From a virus (Duplodnaviria > Caudoviricetes), in the IMG/VR virus record IMGVR_UViG_3300025718_000137, positions 1-26,235 of that record: a stretch of DNA of 26,235 nucleotides; one strand, given 5' to 3'. The translations under genes and the position numbers were made by a program. Shown here one piece after another: positions 8,252 through 16,404 of the stretch. Every line of letters starts with the position of its first letter. The first letter of the stretch is position 1. The notes under the pieces are model-generated. The model saw nothing but the letters and a program-made list of their open reading frames with translations. It searched no databases and was not told the origin of the DNA.

Positions 8252-9229
8252 ATGACCACGATCATCGTAAAAGACCCCCTCAGAGATTCAGTAGAAGCAG
8301 CGTCAGACGGCAAGCAAACCGTGCGCTGGACAAAGTCCGGACTCCCCAGCTACATGTCTGTTATTCCCAGGGTCAACCTCGAAGACCTGCACCCGACTGC
8401 CCTGGGTTTCGGCCCTCATCCCGCTTTTGTCGTCAATGGAGTCGTAAAGGACCAGATTTTAATCGGGAGTTACCAGGCGGTCCTCCATGACGGGGAAGCA
8501 CTTTCGTTACCCAATCAGCCGCCGACGACCAACATCGATTTCGATTTGGCCCGTGCGGCATGTGCTGCTGCCGGTCCCGGCTTTCACCTGATGACCAATT
8601 GGGAGTGGGCGTTGCTGGCGCTCATGGCTGCAGCAAGCGAACGCGACGTTCGCGGCAACACCGACTGCAGTCGCTCGCATAGCAACCAGGAAGAGTGCGG
8701 TAAAAGGAGCGGCAATAGCAACTTCATCCTGACCGGTTCAGGCCCCGCATCCTGGCGGCACGACGGCACCATGTTCGGCGTCTCCGATTTGGTTGGAAAC
8801 GTCTGGGAGTGGAACGACGGGTTGAAGCTGCTGAACGGCCGGATACTGATGCCGCATGATAATGACTTTACCCTTGCCGAGTCCGAGTGGCCGGAGGCTG
8901 GCGCCTGCATCGATATCATCGGCGGATATCCTCGTGTGTCCGACCAGGTCACTACCAGAGATTGGGACTCGGTGATGTTCAATGAGATGCAGATCAACCC
9001 CGGGTTCGAAGTTCCCATCGCCCTGAGGCAGGCTCTGATTTCGCCAATGACTGATCGCCCTGTGGCCGGTCGTTTTTATGCCGACAATACCGAGGACTTC
9101 GAAGCTATGCCGTTCCGTGGTGGCCACTGGAGCCGCGAGTCGAACGCTGGTCTCGGCGCCCTCGCTCTGAGCGATGAGCGCTCGGCTGCGAACTCGAACC
9201 TCGGCTTTCGGCCCGCTTTTATCGAGTAA
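8252..9229 (+). CDS. DGR target protein 2 (paralog of target 1)
   Basis: LMTNWEW, DLVGNVWEW, RGGHW...LGFRPAFIE; C-terminal VR. Confidence 0.92.
   Translation: MTTIIVKDPLRDSVEAASDGKQTVRWTKSGLPSYMSVIPRVNLEDLHPTALGFGPHPAFVVNGVVKDQILIGSYQAVLHDGEALSLPNQPPTTNIDFDLARAACAAAGPGFHLMTNWEWALLALMAAASERDVRGNTDCSRSHSNQEECGKRSGNSNFILTGSGPASWRHDGTMFGVSDLVGNVWEWNDGLKLLNGRILMPHDNDFTLAESEWPEAGACIDIIGGYPRVSDQVTTRDWDSVMFNEMQINPGFEVPIALRQALISPMTDRPVAGRFYADNTEDFEAMPFRGGHWSRESNAGLGALALSDERSAANSNLGFRPAFIE
9107..9217 (+). repeat. DGR variable repeat VR2
   Basis: 111 nt ungapped against TR; 12 mismatches, 10 at TR adenines. Confidence 0.95.
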
Positions 9230-9276
9230 TCTGAACCCTGTTTTCCTGTTTATCTGATGGTTTTTGAGGTGTTGAG

Positions 9277-9609
9277 TTGGAAAATCTGAAAATAAAGCAG
9301 AAGACGGAAGACATGATCAAGTACGGGTATGTCGCTTTGCAGCAGTTTCCGAAAAGTGAAAAGTTTTCTTCGGTGCAGGACGTCAAGCGAACCATGTTCT
9401 CGTTGCTCGAACAGATAATCCGAGCAAATCGCAGCAGAGACAAGCGTATCGCGCTGTACGCGATCGACACAGAGCTTGAAATTCTTCGTACGCAGGTTCG
9501 CCTAGTGATGGAACTCAAATTCCTTCCTTTCCAGAAATACGAGATATGGAGCGGTCACCTCTCGGAGATCGGGAGGATGCTGGGCGGTTGGATCAAGTCT
9601 TTAAATTAG
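9277..9609 (+). CDS. avd: DGR accessory variability determinant
   Basis: 110 aa, helical, FPKSEKF and EIGRMLGGW motifs; directly upstream of TR. Confidence 0.92.
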   Translation: MENLKIKQKTEDMIKYGYVALQQFPKSEKFSSVQDVKRTMFSLLEQIIRANRSRDKRIALYAIDTELEILRTQVRLVMELKFLPFQKYEIWSGHLSEIGRMLGGWIKSLN

Positions 9610-9624
9610 GGGCAAGGCTGCACA

Positions 9625-9735
9625 ATGCCGATCCGTGGTGGCAACTGGAACAACGAGTCGAACGCTGGTCTCGGCGCCCTCAATCTGAACTATGAGCGCT
9701 CGAATTCGAACTCGAACCTCGGCTTTCGGCCCGCT
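9625..9735 (+). repeat. DGR template repeat (TR)
   Basis: 23 adenines, nine in-frame AAY codons; between avd and RT; diverges from both VRs after CGGCCCGCT. Confidence 0.95.
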
Positions 9736-9889
9736 CTCGCCTGCAGCCGGATAGGGCGCCCTCAAGGGGACGCTTTCAGAGCACAGGCAAAAGGAGCCTT
9801 CTTCCTGTGCATCAAGTAGCACGAATAGGTAGCAACCGCCGCCGGCGGTAAGTATCGCAAAGAGAACATGGCTGGCGACAATTTGAGGA

Positions 9890-10927
9890 ATGACGATGCC
9901 CATCACGCACAACAATATCTGGAAAGACATAACGACCTTCGAAAACCTCTACGTTGCCTATACTTCGGCAGCTCGGAGCAGAAGATATAAGAATTCGGTA
10001 CTTGGCTACCGGCAGCACCTTGAGGAGAACATCATTGATGCCCTCAACCATCTGGCCTGGAAGCAGTGGCACCCATCTCGTTTCAAAGAGTTTTACATTC
10101 ACGACCCGAAACGTCGGCTAATTAGCGCTCCGCCTTTCCATGATCGGGTAGTGCATCACGCCCTGGTCCGGGTGATCGCCCCGCTCTTCGAGTGCAAGTT
10201 CATCGCTGACTCTTTTGCCTGCAGGGCTGATAAGGGAACGCACGCGGCAAAGGAGCGGGTTGAATCCTTCGCTGCAGCCGCTCACACAAAATGGGGCAAG
10301 TACTATGTGCTCAAGGGTGACATCCACGCTTATTTCCACAGCATCAACCGGCGGGCCCTGCTTCGGCTTATCGAGAGGACTATCTCTGATAAGGATGTTT
10401 TGTGGCTGGTCCGGCAGATCGTGAATTGCGATGGCGACGAGCACGGCATCCCGATCGGCGCTTTGACGAGCCAATTGTTTGCCAATGTTTACCTGGACGC
10501 GCTGGACCATTACGTCAAGGACGATCTGGGCGTCAAGCTGTATGCCCGATACATGGACGATTTCGTAGTGGTGCACCGGGATAAGAACTACCTGAAGAAA
10601 TTGCTGGCCGACATCAATACCTTCATTACGACCCGGCTTCACCTGACGCTAAATCCGAAGACCGAGATCTTCAAGTCGGGGGTTGGCGAGTGCCATGCAA
10701 TCGACTTTTGCGGGTACCGCATCTGGCCTGATCACACTAAGCCGAGGAAGCGAACCGTTAAGTGTGCCCGGAAGCGACTCAAGAAGCTCTCTGTGCTTTA
10801 TCGGGAAGGGGCAATCCGATTGTCGAGGGTAAGCGCCAGTATTGCCAGTTTTGCGGGCTATATGAAACATTGCAGCGGAGTAGTAACAACAGAGTCCGTA
10901 TTGGGTGGGATCGTTTTTACGCGGTGA
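9890..10927 (+). CDS. DGR reverse transcriptase
   Basis: PKRRLISAPPFHDRVVHHA, GIPIGALTSQLFANVYL (DGR-type SQ), YARYMDDF, IDFCGY; 345 aa. Confidence 0.96.
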   Translation: MTMPITHNNIWKDITTFENLYVAYTSAARSRRYKNSVLGYRQHLEENIIDALNHLAWKQWHPSRFKEFYIHDPKRRLISAPPFHDRVVHHALVRVIAPLFECKFIADSFACRADKGTHAAKERVESFAAAAHTKWGKYYVLKGDIHAYFHSINRRALLRLIERTISDKDVLWLVRQIVNCDGDEHGIPIGALTSQLFANVYLDALDHYVKDDLGVKLYARYMDDFVVVHRDKNYLKKLLADINTFITTRLHLTLNPKTEIFKSGVGECHAIDFCGYRIWPDHTKPRKRTVKCARKRLKKLSVLYREGAIRLSRVSASIASFAGYMKHCSGVVTTESVLGGIVFTR

Positions 10928-11326
10928 GACAGTAAGGGAGAGACTGATGAACGGTACAGCGAGAAATATATCCGAGCACGCGCGGGAAGCCACAGGATGC
11001 AGTCAGATAACTCTGATTCCTTGCCGGCATACCGCAGCGGGCGACGTGCCGCGCTGGCCGCAGGCCAGCACCAGGCGGCGCTACTTGTTGTCTTTGCCTT
11101 TGTCTGCCGCCCCGGCCGACAGGCCGGGACAAGGCGGCGTATCTTCTTCTTTTGCTTCTCCCTCTGTCGTTTCGCCCCGCGCCCCCCGTGCCCCCCACAG
11201 GGAGTGCCGTGCCAGTAATTGTCATGATGATCTTTCCAGCCGTCCCCTCTTCGCCCGCGCCGCGGTGACCTCCCCCTCCCCCCTCATTCTTCGGAAAGAA
11301 AAACTTTCCAGTAATCATAGGGAAGG

Positions 11327-12130
11327 GTGGCGTCTGTGATCACGATCAAGACAACAGGGGTCAAGGAAGTGCGCGGCTACCTGGATGCACTCGCCAAGGA
11401 TCAGTTGCCGTTCGCACTATCGAAGGGTCTGAACGATACAGCCAACCGGGTCAAGGCGAAAGAAGTCGAGCTGATGAAGCAGGTGTTCGATAGACCAACG
11501 CCCTTCACCCTGAACAGTCTGCAGGTTATCCCTGCTAAGAAAGACCGGTTGGTTGCCGAGATTAGGTTTAGAGATCCGGCGGGGATGGTTGGCAAGCAGC
11601 ACTACCTCGCTGCCGAGATCCAGGGCGGCAATCGCCAACTGAAACCGTTCGAGCAATTGCTCGGGGGCCGCGACCTGATGCCGGGCAAAGGGCTGAACCT
11701 GAACCAGTACGGCAATATCCCTCGCGCCCAGATCGTGCAGATACTTGCAGTACTGCAGCAGGTCGGCGAGTCGGGCATGTCCACCGCGCTCCATAATAAG
11801 ATATCGAACCTAAAGAATACCAAAGATCTCTTCCTGGTAATGCAAAAGACCGGAGGTCTAGTCCCGGGGATCTACCTGCGGATACCAAACGGCGACGCAG
11901 TCAGGAAGAAAGGACAAGGTGTCCACCAGAAGGGAATGGCAAAAGGCAAATTCTATTCTGCGATTCGACCGAGGGGAGTTAAGCCGCTGCTGATCTTTGG
12001 TCGTGCACCACAGTACAAGGACCGATTCAAGTTCTATGAGGCCGGCCAGCAGACAGTGGACGAGAACTTCAAGCAATTGTTCGGCGATGCAATTCAATTA
12101 GCACTGAAGACGGCTCGGTCGGGCCGATGA
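11327..12130 (+). CDS. Conserved basic phage protein (minor tail Z / HK97-gp10-like, tentative)
   Basis: QLPFALSKGLNDTA...VFDRPTPFTLNS N-terminus recalled from phage proteins; family uncertain. Confidence 0.6.
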   Translation: MASVITIKTTGVKEVRGYLDALAKDQLPFALSKGLNDTANRVKAKEVELMKQVFDRPTPFTLNSLQVIPAKKDRLVAEIRFRDPAGMVGKQHYLAAEIQGGNRQLKPFEQLLGGRDLMPGKGLNLNQYGNIPRAQIVQILAVLQQVGESGMSTALHNKISNLKNTKDLFLVMQKTGGLVPGIYLRIPNGDAVRKKGQGVHQKGMAKGKFYSAIRPRGVKPLLIFGRAPQYKDRFKFYEAGQQTVDENFKQLFGDAIQLALKTARSGR

Positions 12131-12161
12131 TGGGGAGCCATGGCCCTCATGAAAGCGTCGC

Positions 12162-12205
12162 GGGTCCTCCCTGGAGGGTAACGGCCTGCGGGTAATTCGA
12201 CCTCG
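12162..12205 (+). other. Lambda-like cos site (cosQ + cosN), putative
   Basis: GGGTCCT (12162-12168) equals lambda cosQ; GTAATTCGACCT-CG (12192-12205) sits 23 nt downstream, the same spacing as lambda GGGCGGCGACCT-CG. Confidence 0.7.
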
Positions 12206-12282
12206 GGTCTTGAATCCACGTAGAATTTTGGTTTTCAGCGAAATAATGTAATTTATTGAATAGTTGCCGGAGGTTGCAGCAT

Positions 12283-12696
12283 ATGTCTGAGGATGCGGGG
12301 TTAAGGTTGTTCGGGATGGAGGCGGCTGCACGGTCCTTCGGTTTTGACATGATCAAGTACGACGACTGCGCGATGTGGGTGGTTTCCGAGTTGCACCCCG
12401 AAGGCGCAAAGTGTCCCCATTGCTCCGAGCCTGTCGCGCCTAGCGCCCAGGGGCGCTACTTCCGCCTCGAGCAGATCCGCTGTGTCAAGCCCGGATGCAA
12501 GAAGAAGTTCACGGCCGCCACCGGCACGCTGCTCAACGGCAGCAAACTGGAGGTTCGGGAAATTTATCTGCTCGCGGTCCTCTCCTTTCGGGGGGTCTCC
12601 ATCCCTCAGATCGCCGACGTGCTGAAGTGCCACGTCGACACGGTCACCAGTTGGCAGAATCATTTCAAGGCACACCGGGAGCAAGCGAGTGCCTGA
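12283..12696 (+). CDS. Zn-ribbon + HTH protein resembling the IS1595 transposase N-terminus (no DDE domain)
   Basis: GGAGG RBS; HPEGAKCPHC...RCVKPGCKKKFTAATGTLLNGSKL...GVSIPQIADVLKCHVDTV. Confidence 0.7.
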   Translation: MSEDAGLRLFGMEAAARSFGFDMIKYDDCAMWVVSELHPEGAKCPHCSEPVAPSAQGRYFRLEQIRCVKPGCKKKFTAATGTLLNGSKLEVREIYLLAVLSFRGVSIPQIADVLKCHVDTVTSWQNHFKAHREQASA

Positions 12697-14560
12697 TTCT
12701 GTAGTGCCTTCAGGGAACATAGCGGACATCCGCGCGCAGGTAGAAGCACAGATCCGCGAGGAGGGCGAACACTTCCCCGCTCCGATCGTAGTACCTGCGA
12801 CTCCTATTATCGACTCGGAGCGGATCATGCTCTGCCTCAACAGCAATGAGCGCGGGGACGGCATCCTCTATGCGGACCTGCTGCGCGATAAATTTATTTA
12901 CGTGAAGTCCACCGAGAAATGGCTTGAGTGGCTCGGGCACCACTGGGGGATCGACAAGAGCCACAAGTACCTGCGCGCCGTCGAAGACGTCGCTATGACG
13001 TACCTGAACGAGGCCATAGCACTAGAGCAACCTATCACGCGCACCACCGAGGCCCTGACCGCCGCCAACCTGGAAGTCACCGCCGCCAAGGAGCGCGTCA
13101 AGGCCGCCAAGGAAGCTGCCAACGCTCCCGCACTCTACCAGGCAGACCTCGAAGCCAAAGCCGCTGCTTCCGAAGCAAGCCGGCTCGCCTTTGAACTCGC
13201 CATTCTCGGCAAGAAAAAGAAGAAGCTGATGGCGCGTGTCGACCGTCTTCGCGGCCTGATTGGAGCCAAGAGCTGTGCCACCTGGTCGCACGTAGTCGAG
13301 CCGGCCATGTACGTAATAGGGGAGGAGCTCGACCAGCGCCCCTGGCTCCTGGCCTGCGAGAACGGGGTCATCGACCTGCAGCTTGCCGAACTCCTCCCCG
13401 GGCGACCCTCCGACCTGCTCGTGAAGAATGTCCCGGTCCCCTACCTTGGCATCGATACTCCGTGCCCGGAATGGGAAAAGCTCCTGGGGTCGAGCCTCCC
13501 TGATCCCGAGATTAGGCTCTTCGTCCAGCGGCTCTTCGGGTACGCCATCACCGGATTCTGCCACGAGCAGATTCTCGCCTGCTTCATCGGTGAGGGGTCT
13601 AACGGAAAGGGAATCATCTTTGAAACCATCCAGGCGATCATGAGCGAGCTTTGCTGGCGGATCCTTCCCGAGATGATCCTGGAGCAGAAGACTCCGCGTA
13701 CTTCCGGCAGCGTCTCCAGCGATATCGTCGCCCTGCGCGGCCGGCGCATCATCATCGCCTCGGAGACTGACGAGCACACGCGGATCTCCGCATCCAAGGT
13801 CAAGGGACTCGCGTCCGAGGACACCATGAACGCCCGCGGCCTCTTCGTCGAGGAGACCAACTTCGGTCCGACTCATACCATGTTCATCCAGTCCAACTAT
13901 ATCCCCCACGGCCTGACAGCAGACCTCGCCCTGCGCCGGCGCCTGGTGATCATCCCATTCCTCTACAGCTTCGTTTCCGATATCGCCGCCGAGGAGGCCA
14001 AGACTCCCAGCCGCATCGGATTCTTCAAGCCGAAAGACGACAAGCTCATGGAGAACCTAAAAAAGGAGTACTCCGGCATCCTGTCCTGGTTGGTGCGCGG
14101 CTGCGTCATGTGGCAGCAGATGGGCCTGGCTCCCCCTAAACAGATAACCGCCAACATCGAGGACCACCGGGTCTCCGAGGACTATCTGGAGCAGTTCCTG
14201 AACTCCCACTGTCTGCGGCCCTACAATCCCCTCAAGACTTATAACCAGGGCGATATGTCGCAGGTCGGAGATGACCAGTACGTCTGCGATAAAGATAAGT
14301 GCCTTGATAAAGATCCCGTTACTTCACCGGACCAATGGCGATACATCGGGTCGGGCGTCACGAGCGAGGAGTGGATCCCCTTCAAGGAGTTCCGGGTGCT
14401 CTACCAAAGTTGGTTTGTGGAGCGCATCTCCGAGGGCAAGAAATATCTCCCAACCGCTCAGAAGATCGGCAAGAGCCTGCGTGAAAAGGGGTACGTCACC
14501 GGGGAGCGGGGCGGGCAGAACCGCCTCTACGGGGTCCGGATAATCAACCGGGAGGTATGA
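12689..14560 (+). CDS. D5/P4-family SF3 helicase
   Basis: LLACENGVIDL, Walker A GEGSNGKG, IIIASE, IQSNY, RRRLVIIPF. Confidence 0.92.
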   Translation: MPDSVVPSGNIADIRAQVEAQIREEGEHFPAPIVVPATPIIDSERIMLCLNSNERGDGILYADLLRDKFIYVKSTEKWLEWLGHHWGIDKSHKYLRAVEDVAMTYLNEAIALEQPITRTTEALTAANLEVTAAKERVKAAKEAANAPALYQADLEAKAAASEASRLAFELAILGKKKKKLMARVDRLRGLIGAKSCATWSHVVEPAMYVIGEELDQRPWLLACENGVIDLQLAELLPGRPSDLLVKNVPVPYLGIDTPCPEWEKLLGSSLPDPEIRLFVQRLFGYAITGFCHEQILACFIGEGSNGKGIIFETIQAIMSELCWRILPEMILEQKTPRTSGSVSSDIVALRGRRIIIASETDEHTRISASKVKGLASEDTMNARGLFVEETNFGPTHTMFIQSNYIPHGLTADLALRRRLVIIPFLYSFVSDIAAEEAKTPSRIGFFKPKDDKLMENLKKEYSGILSWLVRGCVMWQQMGLAPPKQITANIEDHRVSEDYLEQFLNSHCLRPYNPLKTYNQGDMSQVGDDQYVCDKDKCLDKDPVTSPDQWRYIGSGVTSEEWIPFKEFRVLYQSWFVERISEGKKYLPTAQKIGKSLREKGYVTGERGGQNRLYGVRIINREV

Positions 14561-14609
14561 TCCTGACCTTTTCTCCTGGCGATTACTCAAACCGGGGGGC
14601 GGGGTTTTT

Positions 14610-14925
14610 ATGACTAAATCATCAGAGTCATTTAGTCATAAAGTAGTCATAAAATGCAAACCATCGGGATTAATAGGGAATACCCGCATTTTATGACTAC
14701 ATGACTAAATGACTACACCCGCGCACACGTAAGGATTTTTATTTCACATACGGGGCGGGTTCCTATGGCGACAGCCTAAAACCTTTTTTACTATTTTTGA
14801 GCAAATATATAAAAATTAGTCATTTAGTCATAAATAGTAACATTTCAGAAAAAAAGAATAAAGATTTCACTTAGTTTACTGGCATGACTAATTTCATGAC
14901 TACTGAATGACAAAATATTAGTCAT
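14610..14925. repeat. Putative replication origin with ATGACTA iterons
   Basis: 11 perfect ATGACTA/TAGTCAT copies plus 2 with one mismatch, both orientations, AT-rich, between helicase and primase. Confidence 0.85.
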
Positions 14926-14943
14926 GGAGAAGGGGGGACCGGC

Positions 14944-16404
14944 ATGGGCCTGCTGCAGATAGTGGAGAAACACGTGGAGATGCGCAAGGTGGGCGGGGAG
15001 TGGCATGGAGCCTGCCCGGAGTGCGGCTGCGGGACAGACGGTCCGGCTGTCTCCGACCGCTTCACGGTCAAGGCCGACGATCGCTGGTTCTGTCGCAACT
15101 GCGGTAACGGAGATACCGTTTCCTTCCTGCGCAAGTTTGAGCACATGAGCTGCCCTGATGCCCACGCGGCAGCCGGCAAGGCATGTACTTCCACCACCTG
15201 CCCCGTTAACGACAAGTGCCGTATGGGTAACGGTGTGGCCCCTCCGCAGAAAAGCAGGTTTGCTACTCCCGAGTCCGCTACGGTCGCACGCACCGCCACC
15301 CCCTTTATCCCTGGTGAAGCTGCCAGCCCGGCGGAGACCTGGCAACGAAAGGCCGAGGCGCTCGTTACTGAGGCGCACGCGGCGCTGCTCATATCCCCCG
15401 AGGCGCTTACCTACCTTGCCGGTCGTGGGCTCCCCATGGGAGCGGTCATCAAGAATCGACTCGGGTGGAACAGAACCGTTATCTACAAGTCCCGCGCTTC
15501 CTGGGGGCTTCCGGAGTCGCTCAACCCGGAGACCGGTAAACCGAGGAAGCTCTGGGTGCCCCGAGGGATCGTCATCCCGACCTATCTCGACGGAGTCATT
15601 CACCGCATCCGGGTTCGCGTTCCCAAGGAGGACCGGAATGCCAAGGTCCCCGGCTACGTGGCGGTCACAGGTTCAGGAGACGATATCGTTTCCCTCAACC
15701 CTGCGGCTCTCGCCTTTGCCACGGTCGAGGCCGACCTGGACGCGATGCTGATCGACTGGGTAGCGGGCGATATCGTCGGTGCCGTGGCGCTGGTATCTGC
15801 TGATGTGAAGCCGAAGAAAAGCCTCGCTGCCCTGCTCGGCGTGGCCCTATGCATCCTGGTTGCAACCGATTACGACCCGAAGGAGAACACCAAGACCGGT
15901 AAATACGAGAACCCTGGGGGGAAAGCAGCTCTTTGGTGGCTGAAAACTTACCCGCGTGCTAAGCGCTGGCCGGTACCGATCGGGAAGGATCCGGGCGACG
16001 CCTACCAAGCGGGGGTGAATGTTAGAGAATGGATCATCTCCGGGTTGCCTACCTCTCTACGGCTTAGGTCGCTGGTATCGGTACCGGCGGATACGAGCGA
16101 AGAAAAAAAGGAGACAGTCGTGAAATTCGACCGAGACAGGGCATGGCAGAGGATCAAGGAGGCGCGCAGTGAGATTACCTCGACCTGCCCGAGGGGGGCG
16201 CTGGAGTGGCTGCAGGGGCAGTCGGAAATTAGCGGCTACCTAAATAGGGCCGAAGCGGCCGTCGACCACGCATTTCTTGCCGAGAACGAAGATAGGCTGA
16301 TCCAGGTGCTGGAGAAATGGGTTGAGGGTCATGTGCGCGCCTGGAATAAGTTCGCAGGGCTACCGCCGGTTGTCGAAGTCTCTGTAGCAGGAGGGGCAGA
16401 ATGA
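14944..16404 (+). CDS. DNA primase (zinc finger + Toprim-like)
   Basis: GEWHGACPEC...DRF...WFCRNCG; YLAGRGL; GIVIP; VEADLD; TDYD; GKDPGD. Confidence 0.88.
   Translation: MGLLQIVEKHVEMRKVGGEWHGACPECGCGTDGPAVSDRFTVKADDRWFCRNCGNGDTVSFLRKFEHMSCPDAHAAAGKACTSTTCPVNDKCRMGNGVAPPQKSRFATPESATVARTATPFIPGEAASPAETWQRKAEALVTEAHAALLISPEALTYLAGRGLPMGAVIKNRLGWNRTVIYKSRASWGLPESLNPETGKPRKLWVPRGIVIPTYLDGVIHRIRVRVPKEDRNAKVPGYVAVTGSGDDIVSLNPAALAFATVEADLDAMLIDWVAGDIVGAVALVSADVKPKKSLAALLGVALCILVATDYDPKENTKTGKYENPGGKAALWWLKTYPRAKRWPVPIGKDPGDAYQAGVNVREWIISGLPTSLRLRSLVSVPADTSEEKKETVVKFDRDRAWQRIKEARSEITSTCPRGALEWLQGQSEISGYLNRAEAAVDHAFLAENEDRLIQVLEKWVEGHVRAWNKFAGLPPVVEVSVAGGAE

Noticed and set aside
9625-9819. 64-aa ORF over the TR
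   Set aside because: The open frame is expected because TR mirrors the coding VR; no clear RBS; treated as non-coding template RNA.
9890-10927. RT as group II intron, retron or Abi RT
   Set aside because: SQ motif, short length, adjacent avd and adenine-specific TR/VR pairs identify a DGR.
12283-12696. Active IS1595 element
   Set aside because: No DDE domain, terminal inverted repeats or target duplication seen.
14610-14925. Repeats as CRISPR array or MITE
   Set aside because: 7-bp units in both orientations with irregular spacing; position fits an origin.
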